NCBI GenBank assembly: GCA_965213625.1
Contig: CBDBZU010000004.1
Span: 1,088,001 to 1,152,000, forward strand
Direction of reading: 5' to 3'
Source: a bacterium
GTDB lineage: Bacteria > UBA8248
DNA: 64,000 bases
Every line of letters starts with the position of its first letter. Positions within the stretch are counted from its first letter, which is position 1. The position numbers and the translations under genes were made by a program. Below are positions 39,377 through 48,360 of this stretch, in pieces. The notes under the pieces are model-generated. The model made no database searches. It was not told where the DNA came from and was given only the letters and a program-made list of their open reading frames with translations.

Positions 39377-40896
39377 GGGCCTGTTGAAAAACCCCCGGTA
39401 TTATGATTGGGTGTAAGGACACTATCTCGCCCGAGATGGGAGTTCCCTCGATGATAGGCAGGAAGAGGCGCGAGCAGATGGATTTGTTCGTGGCCGGTTC
39501 GCTGGATCGGCTGATCCCCGAGGATCACGTTCTGTACCGCGTGCATGAGGTGCTGGATTTGAGTTGGCTTCGGGAGGAGGTGGCGGATTGCTATTGCGCG
39601 GACAACGGTCGTCCGGGTATCGACCCGGAGGTGGCGGTTCGCCTGATGCTGGCGGGTCTTCTGCTGGGCTACGTTCACGACCGTCGCCTGCTTCGTGAAG
39701 CGAAGGCGCATCTGGCGATCCGGTGGTTCATCGGATACGGGCTGCACGAGGAGTTGCCGGACCATTCGAGCCTGACGCGGATTCGTCAGCGTTGGGGGGA
39801 GGCTCGGTTCCGGGCGATATTCCGCCGGACGGTGCAGGCGTGCCTGGAGGCGAATGTGGCGAAGGGGGAGGTGGTTCACGTGGACGCCTCGTTGATACGC
39901 GCGGACGTGAGCTGGGATAGTCTGGCGGCGCATCATGCGGAGAAGGTGATTCGGGAGAACCCCGTGGAGGAGAAGAGCGGGAAGAAGGGCGGAGGCCGCG
40001 GCGGCGGGGGACCGGTGAGCCGGACAGACCCCGACGCGCGGCTCGCGCGCAAGAGCGCGCGGGCGAGGTTCGAGCCGAGCTACAAGCACCACGCGGCGGT
40101 GGACGATGAGCGGGGCGTGGTTCTCGACGTGACGGTGACGGAGGGGACGTTGAACGAGCGTGAGATGATGGCGTCCCATATAGAGGCGGTAAGCGAGTTG
40201 TCGGGCCGCGCGCCCTCGGTGGTGACGGCGGATTCGGGGTATGCGTACTCGAAGGTCTACGCGGCGTTGGAGCCTCTGGGCGTGGCGGGGGTGATACCGG
40301 CGAAGAAAGAACCCACGCAGAGCCGTGTTCCGTTGCGGCTGTTCCGCTACGACGCGCGCCACGACTTGGTGAAGTGTCCGCGCGGCAAGAAGCTTCGCCC
40401 CCGGCGGAGCGAGGAGCGGGGGCGCTACTATGGTTCGAGGACGCGTGATTGCGCGGGCTGCGCGCTCCGGGCGGATTGTCTGCCGCAGGCGCGGTCGAGC
40501 AAGGAGGTTTTGATTCCCAACGCGTATCTGGCGCTGTTGCGCGCGCGCCGGCGGCATGCGCGTTGGGGGGAGGAGGAGCGCCGGCTGTGGCGCCGGCACA
40601 TGGGGCGCTCGGAGGGTTATCACGGGGAAGCGAAGAGTTGGCACGGACTGGGGCGGGCGGTGCGTCGGGGCCTTGCGAACATGAAGATTCAGTCCTACCT
40701 GACGGCGACTGCGGTGAACCTCAAGCGGCTGGCCGCCGCTTTTGCGGCGCGTATATTCGCCCTCTGGAGGGCCTACGCCGCCCGGAGACGCCGTCTGCGC
40801 GTTCATCGCGCCCTCGCGCGCTGATTGGGATCCCTCCCCGCCGCCGCGTGAACCGCCAGAACACCCGCTTCAAAAAAGGGGTTTTTCAACAGACCC
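39377..40896 (+). mobile_element. IS1182-family insertion sequence (1520 bp)
   Basis: 19-bp terminal IRs GGG(C/T)CTGTTGAAAAACCCC with one mismatch; CTCAA direct repeats on both flanks. Confidence 0.9.
39403..40824 (+). CDS. IS1182 family DDE transposase
   Basis: GRPGIDPE, LPDHSSLTR, VDAS, DPDAR, ADSGY and a CP..C..C..C zinc motif; true start may be ATG 39451. Confidence 0.9.
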   Translation: MIGCKDTISPEMGVPSMIGRKRREQMDLFVAGSLDRLIPEDHVLYRVHEVLDLSWLREEVADCYCADNGRPGIDPEVAVRLMLAGLLLGYVHDRRLLREAKAHLAIRWFIGYGLHEELPDHSSLTRIRQRWGEARFRAIFRRTVQACLEANVAKGEVVHVDASLIRADVSWDSLAAHHAEKVIRENPVEEKSGKKGGGRGGGGPVSRTDPDARLARKSARARFEPSYKHHAAVDDERGVVLDVTVTEGTLNEREMMASHIEAVSELSGRAPSVVTADSGYAYSKVYAALEPLGVAGVIPAKKEPTQSRVPLRLFRYDARHDLVKCPRGKKLRPRRSEERGRYYGSRTRDCAGCALRADCLPQARSSKEVLIPNAYLALLRARRRHARWGEEERRLWRRHMGRSEGYHGEAKSWHGLGRAVRRGLANMKIQSYLTATAVNLKRLAAAFAARIFALWRAYAARRRRLRVHRALAR

Positions 40897-41139
40897 CTCA
40901 AGGGGGGAGTGGTTGGTTAGTTCTCTACAAGGGGAAGAGTGAAATTCAGCACGCTCCTTCTGTGGCCCTCCCCCAACACCCCCGCAAAGAGGCCGCATCA
41001 TATTGCATGTTCGCCGTGTAAAACCTAAAATGGAGGCCAAGCTTACAAACTGGTGAACCAAGAGTGTTGCTTCAGAGGTCGGCGCGCATTTAAGCGCCGG
41101 AACTTTTTCTCTGATATTCCTATTCAAGGAGGGATGTAC

Positions 41140-42678
41140 ATGCTGAGCACAAGCACCAGAAAATTCGTCGGCGCCGCAGTGCTGTTCATTGCGGCCATCG
41201 CCCTTACGTGGGGGATTTCATCGGCGGCGTCCAAGGTCGTCTTCGTCCACGGGGCGGAGCCCAAGAGTCTCGACAACGCCCTTCACCCGGCCGGTTCCGC
41301 GGACCTGAACGTCCAGACGAGCCTGTACGACTCGCTGACCTTTCACCGCCTGGACGGCAAAGTCGAGGGCCGGCTCGCCACTTCATGGGAGTTCAAGAAC
41401 CCCACCACGCTTGAGTTCAAGCTGCGCAAGGGGGTGAAGTTCCACGACGGCACGCCCTTCAACGCCGCGGCCGTGAAGTTCAATCTCGACCGCACGCGAA
41501 GCCACAAGCGCGCCCGTCTGAGGAAATGGATCGCCATGATCAAGGACGTCAGCGTCATCGACGACCACACGGTCCAGATCGGGCTCAAGTATCCCTTCGC
41601 CCCCATCCTCCTGAACCTGGGCACGCCGGTCGCCGCCATCGGCAGCCCCACCGCCATCAAGAAGCACGGGAAGAATTTCCGCCGCAACCCGGTCGGAACC
41701 GGTCCGTTCATCTTTGAGAAATGGGTGGCGGGAGAATACATCCGCTTCAAGGCCAACCCTGATTACTGGGACGGAAAACCAAAAATCGACGTTCTCGAAT
41801 TCCGGCTGGTCCCCGAAGCCACGACGCGTGTATTGCAGCTTCGCTCCGGCCAGGCCCAGTTGGCCATGTTCCTGCCCCCGGCGCAGTTGGGCGAAGTGGA
41901 CAAGGACCCCAAGCTGGACTTGGTGAAAGCGCCCCTGTTCCGGGTGATCTTCATCGGAATGAGCATGCTGCACAAACCATTCGACAACCCGATCGTCCGC
42001 CAGGCGATGAACTACGCCATCGACACGAAGACCATCATCGAGAAGGTGATGCTCGGCGTGGGGCGGCCCATCCGCGGACCCTTCGGGCCGACCGTCTGGG
42101 GCTATGACCCCGAGTTCGAAAAAATGGGCTACTCCTACAATCCCGCAAAGGCCAAGGAGCTGTTGGCGAAAGCGGGCTATCCCAACGGGTTCAAGACAGA
42201 GTTCTGGCATCCCACGGGCAGGTACACGGCCGATAAGGTCGCGGCCGAAGCCATTCAGGCGCAGCTGGCGAACGTGGGCATCCAGGCGAAGCTCCGCACG
42301 GGCTCCTGGGGCCTCGTCGCTCCGTCCGTACGGAAGGGCAAAGCGCCCATGTTCCTCTACGGCTGGGGCGTATCCACGGGCGACCCGGACATGGTGATGT
42401 ACAACAAGTTCCACTCCGCCACCCATGGCCGCTCGGGGAACTACACGCGTTACAAGAACCCCGAACTCGAGAAGATCGTCGACAAGGCGCGCCAGGTCAA
42501 CGACCCGGTCAAGCGCAAGGCGATGTACAAGAAGGCGGCGAAGATGGTTATCGACAATCCGCCCTGGGTCTTCTTCAAGCAGGAAGTCATGCTGGTCGGA
42601 AAATCCAAGAAGCTCAAAGGTGTGATCGTCCACCCCGGCGAGCGGCTTTACTGGCGCAAGGCGTATCTCGAAAAGTAG
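41140..42678 (+). CDS. family 5 ABC transporter substrate-binding protein
   Basis: Signal peptide, LATSW, LRKGVKFHDG, PVGTGPF and RQAMNYAID. Confidence 0.92.
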   Translation: MLSTSTRKFVGAAVLFIAAIALTWGISSAASKVVFVHGAEPKSLDNALHPAGSADLNVQTSLYDSLTFHRLDGKVEGRLATSWEFKNPTTLEFKLRKGVKFHDGTPFNAAAVKFNLDRTRSHKRARLRKWIAMIKDVSVIDDHTVQIGLKYPFAPILLNLGTPVAAIGSPTAIKKHGKNFRRNPVGTGPFIFEKWVAGEYIRFKANPDYWDGKPKIDVLEFRLVPEATTRVLQLRSGQAQLAMFLPPAQLGEVDKDPKLDLVKAPLFRVIFIGMSMLHKPFDNPIVRQAMNYAIDTKTIIEKVMLGVGRPIRGPFGPTVWGYDPEFEKMGYSYNPAKAKELLAKAGYPNGFKTEFWHPTGRYTADKVAAEAIQAQLANVGIQAKLRTGSWGLVAPSVRKGKAPMFLYGWGVSTGDPDMVMYNKFHSATHGRSGNYTRYKNPELEKIVDKARQVNDPVKRKAMYKKAAKMVIDNPPWVFFKQEVMLVGKSKKLKGVIVHPGERLYWRKAYLEK

Positions 42679-42809
42679 AAACGTAAGCCCACGGCAGCCC
42701 CTTGTCCGTCCTCATCGGGCGAGGGGCTGCTTTGCGTCTGTTTCCCCTGACACGACTCGAACCTCCGAAAACGCCTGCGAGCAGGCCGGCCCGGAACGGG
42801 AGGATCGCC

Positions 42810-43433
42810 ATGCCGGATTCCGAAAGACTGCAGAACATGCTCGATAAATTCGAGATACAGGAAGTCGTCGCCGCCGCGTGCTACTCGCGCGACAAGGGCG
42901 ACTGGAAGACGCTACGTGATTGCTACCATCCCGATGGATGCGTGACGGTGAGCTGGCACTCCGGCCCGGTGGATGAATTCATCGAACGCTCCGTGAAGAT
43001 GATGGCCTCGCGCGACGTGCAGGAGTTCACCAAGCACGTCAACGCGAACCCGAGGGTGCGGCTGAACGGGGAGCGCGCGATCATCGAGTACGACGTCATT
43101 CTTCACAACCGGCGTCTCCTGGACGGCTACGCGTTCGATTTCCACACCTGGAGCTGCTACCTCGACCAGGTGGAAAAGCGTGACGGCAGGTGGCGGATTT
43201 TCAACCGAACGGCCATCTACGAGAAGGATCGCATGGACGCGCACAACCCCCGGGAAATACCGGAATCCTTCTACGAGGACATGAACCTCGAGCAATATCC
43301 CCTGAACATCCGCTACCACTGCTGGCGGAACGCGCGGACGGGACAGACGCCGCCCGAGGGAATCACCATCGCCAGGACCGAGAAAGAGACCGAAGTGCGC
43401 GCGGCGGCCGAGAGCTGGCTCGCCGGCGGGTAG
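42810..43433 (+). CDS. SnoaL-like / NTF2 family protein
   Basis: EIQEV...RDKGDW..CYHPDG and EKRDGRWRI..R. Confidence 0.8.
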   Translation: MPDSERLQNMLDKFEIQEVVAAACYSRDKGDWKTLRDCYHPDGCVTVSWHSGPVDEFIERSVKMMASRDVQEFTKHVNANPRVRLNGERAIIEYDVILHNRRLLDGYAFDFHTWSCYLDQVEKRDGRWRIFNRTAIYEKDRMDAHNPREIPESFYEDMNLEQYPLNIRYHCWRNARTGQTPPEGITIARTEKETEVRAAAESWLAGG

Positions 43434-43500
43434 AGGCCGAGCGTTTCGTAAAGGGGGAATTCAGTTCCTCTGGGAATTGTCAGAAGGATATGGAATTTCC

Positions 43501-43528
43501 GTAGGGACAGGTCGCGACCTGTCCCTGC
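43501..43528. repeat. GTAG REP
   Basis: GTAGGGACAGGTCGCGACCTGTCCCTGC. Confidence 0.85.
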
Positions 43529-43568
43529 GCAGGATTGCTTACGGATATGCCGGGTGGTCCTCCCTCCC

Positions 43569-43784
43569 TCACGCCAGCATTAGCCGCTCGCCTTTGGGTT
43601 CGGGTACGGGGTCGCCGCTCTCTTGCGCCGTATCAATCCAGAGTTCCATCGCCTGATTGATGTGTTTGAGAGCGTCTTCCTGCGTGTCCCCGTGCGCCAT
43701 GCAGCCGGGAAGCTCCGGGACCTCGGCCACGAAAGCGCCGTCCGCGTTGCTCCAATAGAGAATGATCTCGTACTTGAACATCAT
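43569..43784 (-). CDS. hicB: HicB family antitoxin
   Basis: FVAEVPELPGCMAHGDT.E.A..PVPEP. Confidence 0.92.
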   Translation of the reverse strand: MMFKYEIILYWSNADGAFVAEVPELPGCMAHGDTQEDALKHINQAMELWIDTAQESGDPVPEPKGERLMLA

Positions 43785-44032
43785 TCGTCCTCCAGTTCGT
43801 ATTTCAGGAGCACCATACGGACCTGCCGTACCTGATAGGGTTTCGCATGGGCGCCGTCGCGTTGGAGATTGATTCTCTCGGCGACGCCCTATCTGCTGAA
43901 AATATGGTGGCTCCCGCGTATTTGTTCGGTGAATCCCAGATTTCGAAGCAGGCCGCGCAAGTCGTCAAAGCGGATACTTGCATCCGAGCGACCACCTAGA
44001 ATCCTGTCAAAAAGAGGTTGACCTCGGCTCAT
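43781..44032 (-). pseudogene. hicA: HicA toxin with in-frame TAG at codon 48
   Basis: MSRGQ..IRFDDLRGLL.NLGF..RGSHHIFSR*GVAERINLQ..AKPYQVRQV; TAG at 43889-43891; the terminal stop overlaps the hicB start. Confidence 0.85.
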
Positions 44033-44113
44033 GCGTAATCCCCGTCGAACATCCGCCACCACTCTCCAAAATACCTTTTCGCTTTCACCCTGTCATCCGG
44101 CTCTGAATTCCCC

Positions 44114-44791
44114 TCACGAATAAAACCGCCTCACCAGGTCGTCCAGGCTGAAGTCGTCCGCGCGGATGGCGTCGAGGAGTTCGGCTTCTTTTGCGAGCAC
44201 GCTGTCGGCTGCGCCGGGGATATCCGCCGCGATTTCTTTGGGCACGACCACCGCGCCGCCCCCGTCCGCGTGGATCAGGTCGCCCGGCGCCACGGCCATC
44301 CCGCCGACGGCCACCGGCGTGTTCACCGCCACCACGCGCACGTCGCCGCGCGATACCGTCATGCCCGCGCACCAGGTCTTGAAGCCCGCCTTGCGCATCT
44401 CCTCGATATCGCGCACCACCCCGTTCGTCACCACGCCCTCCGCTCCCAGGCGCGAGAAGAGGTTCGACATGATCTCCCCCCAAAGACACGCCGAGAGCGG
44501 CTTGGGGCCGACGTCCTGCTGCACGAGGACGCAGGGCTTGGGCGCGGCGGCCACGGCCTCATAGAGCGCGATTCTTGAAGTGTGCGCCCGCTCCTCGCCC
44601 GGCGCGTACTCGCTGGTCGTGAACGTCACGGCGTAGCCCAGCGCCACGCCCATATCGGGGAACATGCACTTAATACTCGCGTCGGTGTGGCCCAGCGTCC
44701 TCGGGCGCACACCGAAGGATTCCACCGCGTTCGACACCGTGGGCGTGTCGATTTCTCTCAGCTTCGCGAGCGTTTCAGCAGATAGCGTCAT
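44114..44791 (-). CDS. RraA / HMG aldolase family protein
   Basis: DTPTVSNA, WGE, GVVRD and PGDLIHAD. Confidence 0.88.
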   Translation of the reverse strand: MTLSAETLAKLREIDTPTVSNAVESFGVRPRTLGHTDASIKCMFPDMGVALGYAVTFTTSEYAPGEERAHTSRIALYEAVAAAPKPCVLVQQDVGPKPLSACLWGEIMSNLFSRLGAEGVVTNGVVRDIEEMRKAGFKTWCAGMTVSRGDVRVVAVNTPVAVGGMAVAPGDLIHADGGGAVVVPKEIAADIPGAADSVLAKEAELLDAIRADDFSLDDLVRRFYS

Positions 44792-45050
44792 CTATCGTCT
44801 CCTTGATTGATAAGAGGCGGCCCGGCCACGCCGCGCGCCTCTCTCGTAAGTCAAAAGAATAAAAATTCTCAGGAGGCTGGATTATACGATCGCGCGTGCG
44901 ATGCGAATAGCGGCGCACCTTGAACGTTAATATGAGTCGGCCCGTCATTGACTGGCATAACAAATTTGTTATATTCTATGCGGAGACCCGGAGAAATATC
45001 CTTATAAAATATCAACGACAAACTACGAGGAGAAAGGATGAATCATTTCC

Positions 45051-45416
45051 GTGCAACGCAAGAAACTGGAGATAGAGAAGCCCCTCGTTTGGGAGGGAAA
45101 CAGCAAGAAAGAGTTGTTGAAATTCCCGCGCGAGGTTCAGAGAGACTTCGGCTACGCCCTTTACCGGGCCCAGTGCGGTAATAAGCACCCCTCCGCCAAG
45201 CCGCTTAAGGGTTTCAGGGGAGCCAGAGTTTTAGAGATAGTTGAAAATTATGACCAGGACGCATATCGAGTCGTATACACAATAAAGTTTGCAGACGCCG
45301 TATATGTCCTCCACGTTTTTCAAAAGAAATCGAAAAGGGGAATCCGGACGCCACGGCGGGATATGGAGATCATCGAGGTCAATTTCAAGCGACTGATGGA
45401 ACGAATAAAAAGGTAG
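45051..45416 (+). CDS. RelE/ParE-like toxin (Gp49/HigB type)
   Basis: KPLKGF..VLEI...AYRVVY..YVLHVFQKKSK. Confidence 0.88.
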   Translation: MQRKKLEIEKPLVWEGNSKKELLKFPREVQRDFGYALYRAQCGNKHPSAKPLKGFRGARVLEIVENYDQDAYRVVYTIKFADAVYVLHVFQKKSKRGIRTPRRDMEIIEVNFKRLMERIKR

Positions 45417-45445
45417 AGAAAACACCAGAAAACGAGGAGAACGGA

Positions 45446-45781
45446 ATGGATGAAAAAATCATCACGGAAGGCGTAATAAACGTATTCGAGGATTTGGGAC
45501 TTCCCGATGCCAATGAATTGTTCCTCAAGGCAAAACTTCTCTCGGAGATTATGGATACCATCGAATCGAGAGGGCTCAAGCAAAAAGACCTCATAGAGTA
45601 TCTGGGTATCAAGCAACCGGAAGCCTCGTATCTCATGAACGGGAAGCTCTCCCGCTTCTCCCGCGAGCGGCTCATCGACTACATGGTCAAGCTGGGGATG
45701 ACGGTGGAGTTGCGGGTGAAGAAGCCGAAGAAAAACGCTCCCCTCAAACCCGGCGCGCTCATATACACGGGGGTTTCGTAG
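45446..45781 (+). CDS. XRE/HigA-type HTH antitoxin
   Basis: NVFEDLG..LKAKL..LGIKQP..S.L..GKLSRFS. Confidence 0.88.
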   Translation: MDEKIITEGVINVFEDLGLPDANELFLKAKLLSEIMDTIESRGLKQKDLIEYLGIKQPEASYLMNGKLSRFSRERLIDYMVKLGMTVELRVKKPKKNAPLKPGALIYTGVS

Positions 45782-45807
45782 GGGGTCTGCCTACGTAGGA
45801 TTGTTTT

Positions 45808-46030
45808 GTAGGGACAGGTCGCGACCTGTCCTGAAATTCTCCTTCCTTACAGAGCGCCAACCAACCACTCCCCCCTTGAGGGGGAGTCGATGAAGCCGAG
45901 CGGTATTTGCGAAGGCTGAATCGGAGGGGGGCAAAATGCGTTTTCTTGCCATTCCAAATCATACCCCCCACCAGTTCACTTTCGGGCTTACGCCCTCAGT
46001 TCACTGACTCCCCCTCAAGGGGGGAGTGGT
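45808..46030. repeat. REP (45808) plus MITE-like element copy D (45864-46030)
   Basis: Same sequences as the 4183 REP and the 32738 element. Confidence 0.88.
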
Positions 46031-46210
46031 TCTTCTCTCTCGTCTCTCGTTTGGAAAATTCTTCTGGATTCCGTCGAACCCTCCCTCCTCGGTCGGGTCC
46101 GACACCGGAATGACGAGCAGAACCGCACCGCCTCGCAGGGGGCCGTTCTTTTTAGGACAAGTCGCGACTTGTGGGACGGCCCCGAGAAGGGGTTCTTCCC
46201 TGCTACACCC

Positions 46211-46759
46211 CTACCCCCGCACGCTCTCCCGCCAGTCGCGCATGGCGGCGCGCGTGGTGTCGAAGGCGAGCTCGTCGAAGTCTATCGCATCGGGCGCGAC
46301 GAGCTTCACCTCGGTGGTCTCCGACAGGGCGCGGGGGGCGCCCGCCGTCACGGCGCCCGTGTAGACGATGAGCACGGTGGCGTTTCCCTCGAACGAGTAC
46401 ACCCCCAGTAGCGAATCCACCGCCACCTCGATGCCCGCTTCCTCAAACGCCTCGCGCGCGGCGGCTTCAGATACCACCTCGCCCCGGTTCACGAAACCGC
46501 CCGGGAATGTCCAGAGCCCCTTGCCGGGGTTGTGGGCGCGCCGCACGAGCACGGCCTCCCCGTCGATGGTTGCCACGACGCCCGCCGCCACCTTGGGGTC
46601 GAGGAAATGGACGTGGTTGCAGGACGCCGCGCTGCAGCAAAGCTGCATGGTGCCGTCTCCCTCCGTCCAGGAGCGATAGACGAGCGGACTCCCGCAGGCG
46701 ACGCAGAACTTCACCCCGCCTCCCAGATGGGGGTGGGCCTGAGGTGCGTCCGCGCTCAT
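46211..46759 (-). CDS. NUDIX hydrolase with N-terminal zinc ribbon
   Basis: FCVACG, DPKVAA and Nudix box GGFVNRGE...AAREAFEEAG. Confidence 0.9.
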   Translation of the reverse strand: MSADAPQAHPHLGGGVKFCVACGSPLVYRSWTEGDGTMQLCCSAASCNHVHFLDPKVAAGVVATIDGEAVLVRRAHNPGKGLWTFPGGFVNRGEVVSEAAAREAFEEAGIEVAVDSLLGVYSFEGNATVLIVYTGAVTAGAPRALSETTEVKLVAPDAIDFDELAFDTTRAAMRDWRESVRG

Positions 46760-47457
46760 GTCAGAAATTGTTCGGCTCCGGGCTGGCAGAAAGGGTTGGT
46801 GGATTTCTCGTGGCCGATAGTGGTCTCGGGCCCATGGCCCGGATGCACGACCGTATCGTCAGGCAAGGTGAGCAGTTGCGCCCGGATGCTGCCCAGCAGC
46901 ACGTTCGCGTCGCCCATGTAGAGGTCAGTCCGCCCGATAGAGCCTGCGAAAAGCGCGTCGCCCACGATGGCGTGCCCCGGCTCGTTCTCATTCCCAGACC
47001 GGTAGAGCGTGACGTTGCCCGGCGCGTGCCCGTCGGTGAGCCTGATCTCGAATTCCAGGTTTCCCACGGAATTCGACTCACCCGGCACGAGGTGCGCGTC
47101 CACCTCGGGAACCGGCGGTTCCGGAAACCCGTAGCCGCGCGCCGCGTTCGGCATGTTTTGCAGGTTGAAGAGTTCCGCCTCGTGGAGCCAGTAGGGAATC
47201 TTGAGTTTTTCCTTCGCCTCCGCGACGCCCTCGGCGTGGTCGAGATGCGCATGGGTGCCGATAATCTTGGTCAGTGTAAGGCCGTGCCCGCGCGCAACCG
47301 AAATGACGCGCTCCACCTCCGCGCCCGGGTCGACGTAGGCGCCTTCTTTCGTCTCCTCGCAGCCCACGACGTAGCTGTTCATCTGGAATGGGCCGACGGG
47401 TATCCGTTCGAGGATCAAGGATAGTCCTTTCTCAGGAAAAAGTGAGGGAGTGTTCAC
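46756..47457 (-). CDS. MBL-fold metallo-hydrolase (glyoxalase II-like)
   Basis: THAHLDH, GH.PG, GD.LF.GSIGRTDL and PGHG; start uncertain. Confidence 0.9.
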   Translation of the reverse strand: MNTPSLFPEKGLSLILERIPVGPFQMNSYVVGCEETKEGAYVDPGAEVERVISVARGHGLTLTKIIGTHAHLDHAEGVAEAKEKLKIPYWLHEAELFNLQNMPNAARGYGFPEPPVPEVDAHLVPGESNSVGNLEFEIRLTDGHAPGNVTLYRSGNENEPGHAIVGDALFAGSIGRTDLYMGDANVLLGSIRAQLLTLPDDTVVHPGHGPETTIGHEKSTNPFCQPGAEQFLT

Positions 47458-47460
47458 CTC

Positions 47461-48360
47461 TTAGGAATCGGAAGGGAAAATGACGATTTCGATCCTGCGG
47501 TTCGTCCGCCGGCCCTCGCGCGTATCATTGTCGGCGATCGGGCGGTACTCGCCCATTCCCGCTCCCGATACCCGGCGCGGGTCGAGGTTTCCCACCTCGA
47601 CGAAGTAGCGCAGCACCCGCGTGGCCCTCGCGGCGGAAAGCTCCCAGTTCGTCTCCCAGCGCTCCGCCAGACGGTCGGATATCTGCACGTTGTCTGTATG
47701 GCCCTGCACCTGGACCTCGCGGTTCGAGTAGCGGCGCAGGAGGCTCGAGAATTTCACGAGCAGGGCCTTGCTTTCGGATCGGATCTTCGCGCTTCCCGAC
47801 CGGAACAGGATGGCGCTCGCGATGCTGATGATCACTCGGTCGCCCACGCGGCGCACCTCCACGATTCCACGGCGGCGCTCTCTTTGCAATTGGGCTTTCA
47901 TGTCCTTTTCGAGCTGGATCTGGAAGCGAATCCGGTCCTCGAAGCGCAGGAGTTTCTTTTGCGCGGCGACGAGGTTCTTTTGAAGTTCCCGGACACGCGC
48001 GCGCGAGTTCTCATAGGCGCGCTCGAAACGCCGGGATTTCTTGGCGCTCTCGGATTGCTGCGACTGCTGTGCGGTCATCCGCGCGCGCAGGTCGGCCACG
48101 CGCGTTTCCGTCTGCTGGCTGTGTCGCCGGGCCATGGTGAGGGACTGGCTGAGTTCCTGGTTTTCCAGGTCTTTTTGTTTGATTCGTCCTTCGAGTTCCT
48201 CGATCTGGCCGCGAAGTTCACTAACCCGGCTCTCGGTCTTTGCGATTTCGCCCCTGAGGCCCGCGGCTTCATCCGTTTTTCGCTCATAGTCTTCGATGCC
48301 CACGCATCCGGTGAGCAGGGCGGCGACGAGGAATAAAATAGCGAGGCGATTCGTCTGCAT
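47461..48360 (-). CDS. OmpA/MotB-family lipoprotein with coiled coil
   Basis: Lipobox LTGC, GHTDN, NWELSAARA and NRRIEI. Confidence 0.88.
   Translation of the reverse strand: MQTNRLAILFLVAALLTGCVGIEDYERKTDEAAGLRGEIAKTESRVSELRGQIEELEGRIKQKDLENQELSQSLTMARRHSQQTETRVADLRARMTAQQSQQSESAKKSRRFERAYENSRARVRELQKNLVAAQKKLLRFEDRIRFQIQLEKDMKAQLQRERRRGIVEVRRVGDRVIISIASAILFRSGSAKIRSESKALLVKFSSLLRRYSNREVQVQGHTDNVQISDRLAERWETNWELSAARATRVLRYFVEVGNLDPRRVSGAGMGEYRPIADNDTREGRRTNRRIEIVIFPSDS

Larger units (their letters stand above)
39222..40913. repeat. MITE-like element copy C, split by IS1182
   Basis: 39222-39376 plus 40897-40913 reconstitute the element end GACTCCCCCTCAAGGGGGGAGT. Confidence 0.85.

Noticed and set aside
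33835-44032. Genome-wide TAG reassignment to explain the two amber codons
   Set aside because: Many intact genes end at TAG at the expected length (for example 8409, 11046, 42678, 53086, 53647).
47461-48360. Flagellar stator motB
   Set aside because: There is no motA neighbour, and the lipobox plus coiled coil fit a generic OmpA/MotB-like lipoprotein.
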